From Sulfuricaulis sp. (GTDB lineage Bacteria > Pseudomonadota > Gammaproteobacteria > Acidiferrobacterales > Sulfurifustaceae), in NCBI GenBank assembly GCA_036526015.1, contig DATCZH010000145.1:1-45214 (forward strand): a stretch of DNA of 45,214 nt. Direction: 5' to 3'. Positions 13,896-25,543 of this stretch are shown piece after piece. The first letter of the stretch is position 1; every line of letters begins with the position of its first letter. The notes below the pieces were generated by a model, which ran no database searches, was not told the origin of the DNA, and saw only the letters and a list, made by a program, of their open reading frames with translations. The position numbers and the translations under genes were made by a program.

Positions 13896-14546
13896 ATGAA
13901 TACGGTGGCGGTGATAGATTACGGCATGGGGAATCTGCGGTCGGTGTGCAAGGCGATCGAACACGTGGCGCCCCGCGCGCGTGTGCAGCTCACCACCGCC
14001 ACCGCGGACATCCGCGCCGCCGCGCGCGTGGTGTTTCCGGGGCAGGGTGCTATCGGCGCCTGCATGACGGCACTCGAAGGTAATGGTTTGCGTGACTCCC
14101 TGCTCGAAGCCATGAAAACCAAGCCTTTCCTCGGTATTTGCCTCGGTCTCCAGGCTTTGTACGATTTCAGCGAGGAGGGTGGCGGGACGCCGGGTTTAAG
14201 CCTGCTGGCGGGGGCCGTGAAGCGCTTTCCGGTGGAAAAAATGACCGAGAAGGCCACCGGGCTGAGGCTTAAGGTGCCGCACATGGGCTGGAATGAAGTG
14301 CACCAGACCGGTGCACACCCAATGTGGCATGGCATCCCCCAGAATACACGTTTTTATTTTGTGCACAGCTACTTCGCCGATTCGGCCGACCCAAGCGATG
14401 TCGCCGGTGAAACAACGTATGCGCTGCGGTTTACCTCGGCCGCCGCCCGTGCCAATATTTTCGCAGTCCAATTCCACCCTGAGAAATCCCAGCGCGGCGG
14501 CCTGCGTTTATTGGAAAATTTCATGTCCTGGGACGGAAGCCACTAA
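13896..14546 (+). CDS. hisH: IGP synthase glutaminase subunit
   Basis: DYGMGNL, PGQG, GICLG, PHMGWN, YFVHSY, QFHPEKS. Confidence 0.97.
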   Translation: MNTVAVIDYGMGNLRSVCKAIEHVAPRARVQLTTATADIRAAARVVFPGQGAIGACMTALEGNGLRDSLLEAMKTKPFLGICLGLQALYDFSEEGGGTPGLSLLAGAVKRFPVEKMTEKATGLRLKVPHMGWNEVHQTGAHPMWHGIPQNTRFYFVHSYFADSADPSDVAGETTYALRFTSAAARANIFAVQFHPEKSQRGGLRLLENFMSWDGSH

Positions 14547-14611
14547 GCCTGCAGATATATCAGGTTCAACCCCTATTCATACCCTTATCAGAATTTATCC
14601 GGAGCCAGTTT

Positions 14612-15355
14612 GTGCTGATCATTCCCGCGATTGATATCAAAGACGGCAAGTGCGTGCGCCTGCGCCAAGGGCGCATGAACGACGAAACAATTTTCTCCGA
14701 TGACCCGGCGGCCATGGCCAAACGTTGGGTCGAGGCCGGCGCGCGCCGGCTGCACATCGTCGATCTAAACGGCGCCACGTCCGGCAAGCCGGTGAACGCC
14801 GCGGCCATCCAGGCCATCCTGTCCGCCTTCCCGGACGTGCCGGTGCAGCTGGGAGGCGGCATCCGCGACGAAGACACGATCCAGGCCTATCTCGACATGG
14901 GCGTGCGCTACGTGATCCTGGGCACCAAGGCGGTCAACGCGCCGCATTTTGTCAGCGACGTGTGCACGGAATTTCCCGGTCACATCATCGTCGGGCTCGA
15001 CGCCCGGGACGGCAAGGTGGCCATCGACGGTTGGTCCAAACTCTCGGGACACGACGTGGTTGATCTGGCGAAGAAATACCAGGATGACGGTGTCGAGGCG
15101 ATTGTCTATACCGATATCGGCCGCGACGGCATGATGACCGGCGTGAACATTGAGGCAACGATTAAGCTGGCCGAAGCCATTTCCATCCCGGTCATCGCCT
15201 CCGGTGGCATCACCAATATCGATGATATCCGCAAGGTGTGCGAGGCCGGCGAGGCCGGCATTGTCGGTGCCATCACCGGGCGTGCCATCTATGAAGGCAC
15301 GCTCGATTTCGCCGAGGCCCAGAAGCTTGCGGATAAAATGTCCAAGACCGGCTGA
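14612..15355 (+). CDS. hisA: ProFAR isomerase
   Basis: [48 protein letters not shown]. Confidence 0.97.
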   Translation: MLIIPAIDIKDGKCVRLRQGRMNDETIFSDDPAAMAKRWVEAGARRLHIVDLNGATSGKPVNAAAIQAILSAFPDVPVQLGGGIRDEDTIQAYLDMGVRYVILGTKAVNAPHFVSDVCTEFPGHIIVGLDARDGKVAIDGWSKLSGHDVVDLAKKYQDDGVEAIVYTDIGRDGMMTGVNIEATIKLAEAISIPVIASGGITNIDDIRKVCEAGEAGIVGAITGRAIYEGTLDFAEAQKLADKMSKTG

Positions 15356-15420
15356 CCGCTGAGAACACAGCGAAAATAATCTATTATCCTTCGTTCTCAC
15401 TCCGGCGAGATTATCAACCC

Positions 15421-16182
15421 ATGGGCCTGGCCAAACGCATCATTCCCTGTCTTGACGTGGATAATGGCCGCGTTGTTAAGGGCGTGCGCTTCGTGGACAT
15501 CCGCGACGCCGGCGACCCGGTCGAGGTCGCGCGCCGGTATGACGAACAGGGCGCAGACGAGGTCACCTTTCTCGATATCACGGCCAGTTCAGACAACCGC
15601 GAGACCATGGTTCACGTGGTCGAGGCCATGGCATGCGAGGTGTTCATCCCGCTCACCGTGGGTGGCGGCATCCGTAAGCTCGAGGACGTGCGCCGCATGT
15701 TGAATGCCGGCGCGGACAAGGTCGCGATCAATACCGCGGCTGTGGCGCGTCCTGAATTCGTCCAGGAGGCTACGGATCATTTCGGCTCGCAATGCATTGT
15801 GATCGCCATCGATGCCAAGCAGACTGCGCCGGATCGGTGGGAGGTATATACCCATGGCGGACGCCAGGCGACCGGTCTGGATGCGCTGGCGTGGGCGCGC
15901 AAGATGACGGAATACGGCGCCGGCGAAATCCTGTTGACCAGCATGGACCGCGACGGCACCAAGGATGGTTTTGATCTCAAGCTCACGCGCGCCGTGTGCG
16001 ATGCCGTCAGTATTCCCGTGATCGCCTCAGGCGGTGTTGGCAATCTCGATCACCTCGTCGAGGGCATCCTCCAGGGCCACGCCGATGCGGTCCTGGCCGC
16101 TAGCATCTTTCATTTTGGGGAATATACCGTGGCACAGGCCAAGCAGCGCATGGCGGCGTCCGGCATCGAAGTCAGGCAATAG
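15421..16182 (+). CDS. hisF: IGP synthase cyclase subunit
   Basis: [40 protein letters not shown]. Confidence 0.97.
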   Translation: MGLAKRIIPCLDVDNGRVVKGVRFVDIRDAGDPVEVARRYDEQGADEVTFLDITASSDNRETMVHVVEAMACEVFIPLTVGGGIRKLEDVRRMLNAGADKVAINTAAVARPEFVQEATDHFGSQCIVIAIDAKQTAPDRWEVYTHGGRQATGLDALAWARKMTEYGAGEILLTSMDRDGTKDGFDLKLTRAVCDAVSIPVIASGGVGNLDHLVEGILQGHADAVLAASIFHFGEYTVAQAKQRMAASGIEVRQ

Positions 16183-16228
16183 CCAGACTCTCGCGCCCGC
16201 GCGCACCCATTCCTGATATGATTCCGCC

Positions 16229-16621
16229 ATGAATGACGCTTGGCTCAATGCGATCAAATGGAATGCCGAGGGTCTGGTCCCAGCTATTGCACAGGAGGCC
16301 AGCACCGGCAAGGTACTGACGCTCGCCTGGATGAATCGCGAGGCACTGCGCGCCACAGCGGAAGAGAAGCGCGCGGTGTACTGGTCACGCTCACGCGGCA
16401 AGCTCTGGCGCAAGGGGGAAGAATCCGGTCACGTGCAGGCGGTACGCGACATCCGTCTTGACTGCGATGGCGATGCGGTGCTGCTGATCGTCGAGCAGCA
16501 GGGTGGGATCGCCTGCCACACCGGCCGCGAGCGCTGTTTCTACCAGCAATTGCAGGGTGATCGCTGGGTGACGGTGGAACCGGTCATCAAGAGCGAGCAG
16601 GAAATCTATGGCAGGAAATAA
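16229..16621 (+). CDS. hisI: Phosphoribosyl-AMP cyclohydrolase
   Basis: [27 protein letters not shown]. Confidence 0.96.
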   Translation: MNDAWLNAIKWNAEGLVPAIAQEASTGKVLTLAWMNREALRATAEEKRAVYWSRSRGKLWRKGEESGHVQAVRDIRLDCDGDAVLLIVEQQGGIACHTGRERCFYQQLQGDRWVTVEPVIKSEQEIYGRK

Positions 16622-16943
16622 TTTGGCCGACGTATTGATAAAACTGGCGGAATTGCTCGAATCGCGCAAAGGCGCCGATCCACAGAGTTCCTATGTTGCG
16701 GGTCTGTACGCCAAAGGTCTGGACGCCATCCTCAAAAAAGTCGGCGAGGAAGCAACTGAAACGGTGCTCGCGGCCAAGACCGGCGAGCGCGCCAAAATCA
16801 TTCACGAGACCGCCGATCTGTGGTTCCACACGCTGATTATGCTTGCGCAGACGGGACTGAAGCCGGATGATATCCTTTCTGAGCTGGATCGCCGCTTTGG
16901 CGTATCCGGCCTGGAGGAGAAGGCCTCCCGCCCGCGTCAGTAA
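16608..16943 (+). CDS. hisE: Phosphoribosyl-ATP pyrophosphatase
   Basis: [32 protein letters not shown]. Confidence 0.96.
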   Translation: MAGNNLADVLIKLAELLESRKGADPQSSYVAGLYAKGLDAILKKVGEEATETVLAAKTGERAKIIHETADLWFHTLIMLAQTGLKPDDILSELDRRFGVSGLEEKASRPRQ

Positions 16944-17010
16944 CTTCATGGGCGATAACATCGCCTGCGAACAGGTATTAGGTACGAACAGAATTTTTTG
17001 GAGAAACTGC

Positions 17011-17262
17011 ATGGGTACATTCAGCATTTGGCACTGGATAGTCGTACTGGTCATCGTGTTGCTGATTTTCGGCACCAAGAAGCTGCGCAATCTCGGTGGC
17101 GACCTCGGCGGAGCCATCAAGAGCTTCAAACAGTCGATGAAGGAAGGCGGGGACAACCCTCCGTCGGAGTCGGAGGAGAGCGACCAGTCCAAGAAGATGA
17201 AAAATGATTCCGGCCGCGTGATCGACGCGGAAGTTACCTCGAAGAAGAAACAAAAGAGCTAA
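17011..17262 (+). CDS. tatA: Tat translocase subunit TatA
   Basis: [33 protein letters not shown]; ATG 17011 after GGAG. Confidence 0.96.
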   Translation: MGTFSIWHWIVVLVIVLLIFGTKKLRNLGGDLGGAIKSFKQSMKEGGDNPPSESEESDQSKKMKNDSGRVIDAEVTSKKKQKS

Positions 17263-17289
17263 TCCCGTTTTCCGCCACGGTCACGCACG

Positions 17290-17721
17290 ATGTTCGACAT
17301 CGGCTTTTCCGAACTGGTGGCGATCAGCCTGATCGCGTTGATTGTACTGGGCCCGAAACGCCTGCCGGAGGTGGCGCGCACCGCCGGTCGCTGGATGGGG
17401 CAAGTGCGGCGCTTCATCACCGACGTCAAGCAGGACATCGACCGCGAGATCCACTCGGAGGACCTGGCAGAGTTGCGCAAGCTAAAAGAGGAGCTCAACG
17501 ATACCCGCCAACTGATGCAAAACACCTCGGGTGAACTGGTGAAGGGTTTCACGGAGATAAATCCCGAGCTTTCCTCTCCCACGATCCATTCTCCTGAAGC
17601 GCCGGTACTCGCGGATGGCACAACGGCGCCATCTAAAGTGGCGCGCCGGCCAGGCGCCTCCCGCGGCAAGGCACAGGCCGGAAAGAGACATGGCAAATCC
17701 CGAAAAACCCGCCACCGCTGA
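17290..17721 (+). CDS. tatB: Tat translocase subunit TatB
   Basis: MFDIGFSEL...[12 protein letters not shown]. Confidence 0.95.
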   Translation: MFDIGFSELVAISLIALIVLGPKRLPEVARTAGRWMGQVRRFITDVKQDIDREIHSEDLAELRKLKEELNDTRQLMQNTSGELVKGFTEINPELSSPTIHSPEAPVLADGTTAPSKVARRPGASRGKAQAGKRHGKSRKTRHR

Positions 17722-18529
17722 AGGGGGCCTGATTTCGCACCTGCTGGAGCTACGCGACCGCCTGCTCTACTCGGTGATTGCCATTGCCGTGGTGTTCCTG
17801 GGGCTGATCCCGTTTGCGGCGGAGGTATACACGGCGGTGGCCAAGCCGCTTATGGGCGTATTGCCAACTGGCGCCACCATGATCGCGACCGAGGTGGCCT
17901 CGCCGTTTCTGACCCCCATCAAGCTCACGCTCGCTGTGGCGATTGTCATTACCATTCCATTCCTGCTGTACCAGCTTTGGGCCTTCGTGGCCCCAGGTTT
18001 GTACAAACACGAGCGGCGATTGGTGATGCCGCTACTGCTGTCCAGCACATTCCTGTTCTACAGCGGCATGGCTTTTGCCTATTTCGTGGTGTTCCCCATG
18101 GCCTTTGGGTTTTTCGTGCACGCGCTTCCGCCCGGTGTGACCATGATGACTGACATTCGCTCCTACATGGATTTCGTATTTTCCATGTTCTTCGCCTTCG
18201 GCATCGCCTTCGAGGTGCCGGTGGCGGTGGTGTTGCTGGCGCGCATGGGCGTGATCAATCCCGACACGCTGGCACAGAAGCGCCCTTACGTGATCCTGTG
18301 GGCCTTCGTCGTGGCCGCTGTCATCACACCGCCGGACGTCTTTTCCCAGTTCTTTCTGGCGGTGCCGATGATCCTGTTGTTCGAGGTCGGGCTGATCGTT
18401 TCACGCTGGATGAAACGCTCGGCAGACGTCGCTGAGGACGGCGGGCGGCGCAACCTGAGCGAGGCCGAGATCGGGAACGAATTCAAGAAGCACGACGATG
18501 CATTTTCCGGCAAGTCGACGGATAAATAG
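17690..18529 (+). CDS. tatC: Tat translocase subunit TatC
   Basis: [33 protein letters not shown]; ATG 17690 overlaps tatB end. Confidence 0.95.
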   Translation: MANPEKPATAEGGLISHLLELRDRLLYSVIAIAVVFLGLIPFAAEVYTAVAKPLMGVLPTGATMIATEVASPFLTPIKLTLAVAIVITIPFLLYQLWAFVAPGLYKHERRLVMPLLLSSTFLFYSGMAFAYFVVFPMAFGFFVHALPPGVTMMTDIRSYMDFVFSMFFAFGIAFEVPVAVVLLARMGVINPDTLAQKRPYVILWAFVVAAVITPPDVFSQFFLAVPMILLFEVGLIVSRWMKRSADVAEDGGRRNLSEAEIGNEFKKHDDAFSGKSTDK

Positions 18530-18593
18530 GAAGGAACAATTATTCTGGAGAAATTCCGGGGGGAACTGCCAGTAACTACTTGGTCGATTCGTT

Positions 18594-19769
<1,176 letters not shown>

Positions 19770-19899
19770 TGTGCCTATCCAGATGTCCAGTCTACGATTC
19801 TATCTGATATGCCCGTATGCGCGCGCCATTAGGCCATTGGGTTTATAGAATATCGGTGATTTTCTGAAAAAAATCTTCAACGCAAATTGATCTAAGCGC

Positions 19900-19926
19900 T
19901 TGACTCCGGCAGAGATGATATATAAT
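19900..19926 (+). promoter_or_regulatory. Candidate sigma70 promoter for petABC
   Basis: TTGACT (19900-19905), 15 nt, perfect TATAAT (19921-19926) in an AT-rich divergent spacer; spacer shorter than optimal. Confidence 0.45.
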
Positions 19927-20055
19927 CCTATGCGCCGTTTTTCAGGGATTGGCGATTTTGTAACGATTCATTGGCGATTCATCTTAAGATCTTAAGAAAA
20001 TTACGCCCTTGTGCGTGATTTTCTGTTTTTTGCTCCACCAGATTGAGGGGGATTC

Positions 20056-20655
20056 ATGAGTGATGAGGTTGTTAATCCGCGCCGTCGGCGCTTACTGGCG
20101 ATCACCAGCGGATTAGGAGTGGTTGGAACGGCATTGGCGGTCACCCCCTTCGTCCTCAGTATGCTCCCAAGCGCCCGCGCCAAGGCCGCCGGCGCACCGG
20201 TCGAGATCGACATCAGCAAAATGGAACCCGGTCAGCTGCTCACGGTCGAGTGGCGCGGTAAACCGGTGTGGATTCTGCGACGGACGCAGGAAATGTTGAA
20301 GTCCCTCCACGAAGTCGATCCGCTTCTTGTCGATCCGGAATCCACAGTCGTCGATCAGCAGCCCTCTTATGCGCAAAATGAGCCGCGCTCGATCAAGCCG
20401 GAAATTCTTGTGCTGGTCGGTATCTGCACCCATCTTGGCTGTTCCCCGGACAAGCGTCTCGAGGCCGGTGCCGGCTCGGGCCTCGGCGACGACTGGAAGG
20501 GCGGATTCTTCTGCCCCTGCCACGGTTCCAAGTTCGATCTCGCGGGCCGTGTGTACAAAAACGTTCCCGCGCCCACCAACCTGGTGGTGCCACCGCATGC
20601 CTATCTCTCCGACACACGCATCATCATTGGCGCCGACCAGAGAGGAGCCGCGTGA
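20056..20655 (+). CDS. petA: Cytochrome bc1 Rieske Fe-S subunit
   Basis: Twin-arginine RRRLL signal anchor, CTHLGC and CPCHGS Rieske boxes. Confidence 0.97.
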   Translation: MSDEVVNPRRRRLLAITSGLGVVGTALAVTPFVLSMLPSARAKAAGAPVEIDISKMEPGQLLTVEWRGKPVWILRRTQEMLKSLHEVDPLLVDPESTVVDQQPSYAQNEPRSIKPEILVLVGICTHLGCSPDKRLEAGAGSGLGDDWKGGFFCPCHGSKFDLAGRVYKNVPAPTNLVVPPHAYLSDTRIIIGADQRGAA

Positions 20656-21908
20656 TGGAAAAGCTGCTGACTTGGATTGACGACCGCTTTCCCCTAACCA
20701 AGGTCTGGAAGGAACATCTCGCCGAATATTATGCGCCCAAGAATTTTAACTTCTGGTACTACTTCGGGTCGCTTGCGCTGTTGGTGCTGGTGATACAGAT
20801 CGTTACCGGTATTTTCCTCACCATGCATTACAAACCGGATACCGAGTTGGCGTTCGCTTCGGTTGAGTACATCATGCGTGACGTGGAATGGGGCTGGCTG
20901 ATCCGCTATATGCATTCCACCGGCGCGTCGTTCTTCTTCATCATGGTCTATCTGCACATGTTTCGCGCTTTGCTTTACGGGTCGCACCGCCGCCCGCGCG
21001 AGCTGGTTTGGCTCATCGGAATGTTCATCTACATAGCGCTCATGGCGGAGGCCTTCATGGGATACCTGTTGCCGTGGGGCAACATGTCCTACTGGGGTGC
21101 ACAGGTGATCGTCTCGTTGTTCGACGCGATCCCGGTAGTCGGTCCGGCGCTGTCGGAATGGCTCCGTGGTGATTTCGTGGTTTCCGATGCTACGCTCAAC
21201 CGCTTTTTCGCGTTCCACGTTATTGCCATTCCGCTGATCCTAGTGGCGCTGGTGTTCGTGCATATTGTGGCCCTGCACCAGGTCGGCTCGAACAATCCGG
21301 ATGGTATCGAGATCAAGAAAACGAAGGGTGCAAACGGCCTCCCGGTCGACGGCATCCCGTTCCACCCGTATTACACGGTGAAGGATATTGTCGGTATAAC
21401 GGTGTTTCTGATGATCTTCGCCGCCGTCATTTTTTTCGCGCCGGAGCTGTGGGGCTGGTTCCTCGAACCCGATAACTTCGTCCCGGCGAATATTCTTCAG
21501 ACCCCGTCAGAGATTGTTCCGCTGTGGTATTTCACTCCGTTCTATTCGATTCTGCGCGCCAATGTCTACAACTTCTTTTGGATTGACGCCAAGCTCTGGG
21601 GTGTGATTTTTATGGGGCTGTCCATCGTGATCTTCTTTTTCCTTCCATGGCTGGACCGCTCGCCCGTCAAGTCGATTCGCTACCGCGGCAAGATGTACAA
21701 AACGGCGCTGGGCGTGTTCGTAGTGAGCTTCATCATTTTGGGCTACCTGGGAACCAAGAGCCCGGAAGTGGTAAGCCTGTTCTGGTTCAAAAACGTCTTC
21801 TGGGTACAGGGTTTCACCGTGCTCTACTTCGCATTTTTCTTCCTGATGCCTCTCTACACCAAGTTCGACAAGATTAAACCGGTGCCGGAAAGGGTGACCT
21901 GGAAATGA
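20655..21908 (+). CDS. petB: Cytochrome b
   Basis: RYMHSTGAS..YLH, GYLLPWG.MSYWGA, TLNRFFAFH..H heme ligands; ATG 20655 (GTG 20652 alternative). Confidence 0.97.
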   Translation: MEKLLTWIDDRFPLTKVWKEHLAEYYAPKNFNFWYYFGSLALLVLVIQIVTGIFLTMHYKPDTELAFASVEYIMRDVEWGWLIRYMHSTGASFFFIMVYLHMFRALLYGSHRRPRELVWLIGMFIYIALMAEAFMGYLLPWGNMSYWGAQVIVSLFDAIPVVGPALSEWLRGDFVVSDATLNRFFAFHVIAIPLILVALVFVHIVALHQVGSNNPDGIEIKKTKGANGLPVDGIPFHPYYTVKDIVGITVFLMIFAAVIFFAPELWGWFLEPDNFVPANILQTPSEIVPLWYFTPFYSILRANVYNFFWIDAKLWGVIFMGLSIVIFFFLPWLDRSPVKSIRYRGKMYKTALGVFVVSFIILGYLGTKSPEVVSLFWFKNVFWVQGFTVLYFAFFFLMPLYTKFDKIKPVPERVTWK

Positions 21909-22648
21909 GAAAGCTCCTGATACTATTGGTTATCCTCGGTCTGCCGGCCGGTGCATTGGCCGCGGGTGGTCACAAGTCCTGCGGCACCGTCGAATGCGAC
22001 CGCGTTAACATTGATCTTGCCGACAAAGCCTCGCTGCAAAATGGCGCGCGCATCTTCATCAACTTCTGTTTGTCCTGTCACAGCGCCTCGTACATGCGCT
22101 ACAACCGCATGGGGCACGATCTCGGCATCAGCGAAGAATTGGTGAAGGGAAACCTGACGTTCGCCGCCGACAAGGTTAGCGACCTGATGAAGGCGGTGAT
22201 GCCCAAGGAAGATGCGCGCCAATGGTTCGGCGTGGCGCCACCCGATCTTTCGCTGATAGCGCGCTCGCGCAAACCTGCCTGGGTCTACACTTACATGCGC
22301 AGCTTCTACCGTGACAGCAAGTCACCTTCCGGCTGGAACAACGTGGTGTTTGCCAACGTGGCCATGCCGCACGTGCTTTATGAATGGCAGGGCGACCAGC
22401 GTGCGGTGGTCAAGAAGGACGAGCACGGCGTCGATGTGTTCGACCGGTTCGAGATCGAACGCGTCGGGAACATGGACCCGAAGGAATATAACCGTGCCAT
22501 GCGTGACCTCACGAATTTCCTCACTTATCTCGGCGAGCCAGCCAAACTGGTGCGCTACAAGATCGGCATCTACGTGCTCATTTTCCTGGCGGTATTCCTG
22601 GTGTTCGCCTACCTCTTGAAGAAGGAATACTGGAAGGACATCCAATGA
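21905..22648 (+). CDS. petC: Cytochrome c1
   Basis: Signal peptide, CLSCH, PPDLSL.AR, AMPHVL, C-terminal TM then KKEYWKDI. Confidence 0.96.
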   Translation: MRKLLILLVILGLPAGALAAGGHKSCGTVECDRVNIDLADKASLQNGARIFINFCLSCHSASYMRYNRMGHDLGISEELVKGNLTFAADKVSDLMKAVMPKEDARQWFGVAPPDLSLIARSRKPAWVYTYMRSFYRDSKSPSGWNNVVFANVAMPHVLYEWQGDQRAVVKKDEHGVDVFDRFEIERVGNMDPKEYNRAMRDLTNFLTYLGEPAKLVRYKIGIYVLIFLAVFLVFAYLLKKEYWKDIQ

Positions 22649-22663
22649 GCCTAAAGGCTCATT
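22644..22663. repeat. Inverted repeat overlapping the petC stop codon
   Basis: AATGAGCCT-aa-AGGCTCATT; no U-tract, so an mRNA-stabilising hairpin or weak terminator. Confidence 0.5.
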
Positions 22664-22697
22664 CACTGGTTGCGGCGACACGCCACTCGGGAGCCTT

Positions 22698-23351
22698 ATG
22701 ACGGAAAAAAACGTTTTGTCCACACCCGCAGCGCGCAAGCCGATCATGACGCTGTATTCCGGGACCACCGATCCCTGGAGCCACCGCACGCGCATTGTCC
22801 TGTTCGAGAAGGACATTGAGTGCCAGATTGTGGACGTGGACGTCAACAAGAAGCCGCGCGAGCTGGGCGAGCTTAATCCCTACAACCAGGTGCCGACCAT
22901 GGTCGATCGTGACCTGGTGCTGTACGAATCCAACATCATCAACGAATATCTTGATGAGCGGCTGCCGCACCCACCGCTGATGCCGGTGGACCCGGTGTCG
23001 CGCGCCCGCGCGCGGCTGATGTTGGTGCGCTTTGACCGTGATTGGTACGGCCTGATCGGAACCATCAGCGGCGGTGACAAGAAATCGGCCACGCGTGCGC
23101 GCCACGCGCTGCGCGACGGGTTGACGGTGATCTCGCCGATCTTCAAGGAGCAGCCGTTCGCCATGGGAGAGGAATTTTCACTTGTGGACTGCTCGCTTGC
23201 GCCGTTGCTTTGGCGACTGGACCACTGGGGCATCGACCTGCCACGGCAGGCCAAACCCATTCTCGATTACAGCGCGAAATTGTTCCAGCGCAAGTCCTTC
23301 AAGCTGTCGCTCACCGAAGCGGAAAAGGCGATGCGTTCCTCCAAGCGGTGA
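22698..23351 (+). CDS. sspA: Stringent starvation protein A (GST fold)
   Basis: MTLYSG...SHRTRIVLFEK, NPYNQVP, LYESNIINEYLDER.PHPPLMP; petC-sspA-sspB synteny. Confidence 0.93.
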   Translation: MTEKNVLSTPAARKPIMTLYSGTTDPWSHRTRIVLFEKDIECQIVDVDVNKKPRELGELNPYNQVPTMVDRDLVLYESNIINEYLDERLPHPPLMPVDPVSRARARLMLVRFDRDWYGLIGTISGGDKKSATRARHALRDGLTVISPIFKEQPFAMGEEFSLVDCSLAPLLWRLDHWGIDLPRQAKPILDYSAKLFQRKSFKLSLTEAEKAMRSSKR

Positions 23352-23385
23352 AGCATCGGCCAAACCGCGCACAGCCCCGTGGCGC

Positions 23386-23769
23386 ATGACCCCGATCAAA
23401 CTCTATCTGATGCGCGCCGTCCATGACTGGGCGGTGGATAATCAGTTCACGCCACAGGTGTTGGTGGACGCCACCGCGAACGGTGTGAAGGTTCCGATGA
23501 ATTACGTGCAGGACGGCCGTATCGTGCTGAACATTCATCCGAGCGCGGTGAAACAGCTTGAATTCAGTGAGGACGCCTTGCGATTTTCCGCACGCTTCGG
23601 GGCGCAGAGCCAGCGTGTCGAAATCCCGCATGCCGCGGTGCTCGCGATTTATGCGCGCGAAAACAGCCAGGGCATCACCTTTCCGGAACTGCCGGCCGGG
23701 GACTCCCAAGCGCCCGGGCCGGAAGACAAGCCGCCGGGCAAGGGACCGGGCCTGCGCGTCGTCAAATAG
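23386..23769 (+). CDS. sspB: ClpXP adaptor SspB
   Basis: YLMRAVHDW.VDN..TP, IVLNI, FSARF, IYAREN, C-terminal LRVVK ClpX-binding tail; ATG 23386. Confidence 0.93.
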   Translation: MTPIKLYLMRAVHDWAVDNQFTPQVLVDATANGVKVPMNYVQDGRIVLNIHPSAVKQLEFSEDALRFSARFGAQSQRVEIPHAAVLAIYARENSQGITFPELPAGDSQAPGPEDKPPGKGPGLRVVK

Positions 23770-23868
23770 CACGCCGGTCGCGACCGGTGAGCCGCTGATG
23801 CGGTGAAGGTGTCCGGTCACGCACTCTTTGGGTTATCTTGTAAGCTAGATCATTTGGTGGGACGAACC

Positions 23869-24177
23869 ATGCAAACTCTCAAACTCCTTCTGATGCTCCT
23901 CCTGGTATTCATGACCGTGCCTGCGTACGCCGCCGAGGCAGAGCAGGTTGAAAAAGTCGAAACCGAGAACAAAGAAACACCGCCTGGGCGCGCCGAGCGG
24001 CCGGAGCGTGAAGCGGTGAAATTGTCTCCGCATGCACGCGAATCCGCACCGCGCCCGGATGAAAGCGGCCTGATGAAACGCGAGGCACCGTCGCGCACTG
24101 AATCCCCCCTGCAACATGTGCCGGCGCTGATGGATCCGCCACCCCCACCCGCCGGACAAGCCCCCGCGAAACCCTGA
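23869..24177 (+). CDS. Small secreted low-complexity (Pro/Glu/Arg-rich) hypothetical protein
   Basis: MQTLKLLLMLLLVFMTVPAYA-AE signal peptide, then a charged, Pro-rich tail. Confidence 0.6.
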   Translation: MQTLKLLLMLLLVFMTVPAYAAEAEQVEKVETENKETPPGRAERPEREAVKLSPHARESAPRPDESGLMKREAPSRTESPLQHVPALMDPPPPPAGQAPAKP

Positions 24178-24192
24178 ATGTGACTTCGCCCG

Positions 24193-24684
24193 ATGATCCG
24201 CGCGATCCAGGCCGACATCACGACACTGAAAGTTGACGCCATCGTCAATGCCGCCAATGAATCGCTGCTCGGCGGCGGGGGCGTGGACGGCGCCATCCAC
24301 CGCGCTGCCGGACCCGAGCTGTTGGCGCAGTGCCGTACCCTCGGCGGCTGTCCCACCGGCGAGGCCAAAATCACACCCGGTTACAAACTCCCCGCGAAGT
24401 GGATCATTCATACTGTCGGGCCGGTGTGGCATGGTGGCCAATCGCGCGAGCCCATGCTGCTCGCGAACTGTTATCGCAGTTCTCTTAAACTCGCTTTGAA
24501 GCACGGAGTGAAATCCATTGCGTTTCCGGGGATCAGCACGGGAGTGTATGGGTATCCGAAAGACAAGGCGGCGGAAACAGCCATCATGGTTATGCGGGAG
24601 TATGAGAATAAATTTACAGAAATTATTGCGTGTTGCTTCAGCGCCAGAGATAAGGCGCTATATCAGAGCCTTCTGACAGGCTGA
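24193..24684 (+). CDS. ymdB: Macrodomain O-acetyl-ADP-ribose deacetylase (YmdB-like)
   Basis: [51 protein letters not shown]. Confidence 0.92.
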   Translation: MIRAIQADITTLKVDAIVNAANESLLGGGGVDGAIHRAAGPELLAQCRTLGGCPTGEAKITPGYKLPAKWIIHTVGPVWHGGQSREPMLLANCYRSSLKLALKHGVKSIAFPGISTGVYGYPKDKAAETAIMVMREYENKFTEIIACCFSARDKALYQSLLTG

Positions 24685-24757
24685 AGACCTATTATCTGAT
24701 TCCTGAGAAATTCCCTGCGTTGTGAAAACTCAGGTTGCGGGCAATAATGTCCTGGCC

Positions 24758-25540
24758 ATGGAAGCAGAGCGGCACCTCTTTCCGGTTGCACAATGGCAAT
24801 GCTTTCTGGTCGCATTGCTCTTCCATAACGCCATAGCCGTCGCAGCACCGCCTGAAGATGCGGCAACCCTTGTGAAGCTCGCCATCGATTACTGGCGCGA
24901 CACTTCCTCCTATTCCGTCATTGACATGACCATTCGCCGCCCGGACTGGGAACGGACCATGACCATCCGGGTCTGGACCCACGGGCAGAAGGAGTCGCTG
25001 GTGCGTGTCACGGCGCCGACCAAGGATGCCGGCAATGCCACGCTGCTGCTCGACAACGAGATGTGGAGCTTCACGCCCAAGATCAACCGCGTGATCAAGA
25101 TTCCCTCGAGCATGATGAACCAGAGCTGGATGGGTTCGGATTTTTCCAACAACGACTTGGCCAAGGCCGACGAGCTGATCGAGCAATACACCCACAAGCT
25201 GCTGCGCGAAGAGTCGCACGACGGCCGCACGGTCTACGTGATCGAGTCGATACCGAAGGAGGCGGCTCCGGTCGTCTGGGGCCGCGAAGTCGTGAAAATC
25301 CGCGACGACTGGATCATGCTGGAGCACTCATTCTACGATCAGCAGGATGTGCTGGTGAAACAGCTCGTCACGTCCGAGATCCGGCCCATGGGCGGCAAGC
25401 TGGTGGCGGCGCGCGAGCGCATGCAGCGCGTGGACCGGCCCGGCGAATGGACCGAGGTGGTGACGAAGGAGGTGCGTTTCGGCATTCCGATCGCCGCCGG
25501 AACGTTTACCCTGTCCCACCTGCGCAATCCGCGGGAGTGA
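24758..25540 (+). CDS. LolA-like outer-membrane lipoprotein-sorting family periplasmic protein
   Basis: Signal-like N-terminus; family motifs P.KDAG.ATL, W..P...R...IPSSMM.QSWMGSDFSNND, PVVWG, FTLSHL; start uncertain (24722 or 24758). Confidence 0.8.
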   Translation: MEAERHLFPVAQWQCFLVALLFHNAIAVAAPPEDAATLVKLAIDYWRDTSSYSVIDMTIRRPDWERTMTIRVWTHGQKESLVRVTAPTKDAGNATLLLDNEMWSFTPKINRVIKIPSSMMNQSWMGSDFSNNDLAKADELIEQYTHKLLREESHDGRTVYVIESIPKEAAPVVWGREVVKIRDDWIMLEHSFYDQQDVLVKQLVTSEIRPMGGKLVAARERMQRVDRPGEWTEVVTKEVRFGIPIAAGTFTLSHLRNPRE

Positions 25541-25543
25541 GCC

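Noticed and set aside
19887-19900. FNR-like site upstream of petA
   Set aside because: Only the TTGAT half-site; no ATCAA at N4
24193-24684. Functional link of the macrodomain to Acs deacetylation or to a DarTG-type toxin system
   Set aside because: acs is over 20 kb away and no sirtuin or ADP-ribosyltransferase gene is adjacent
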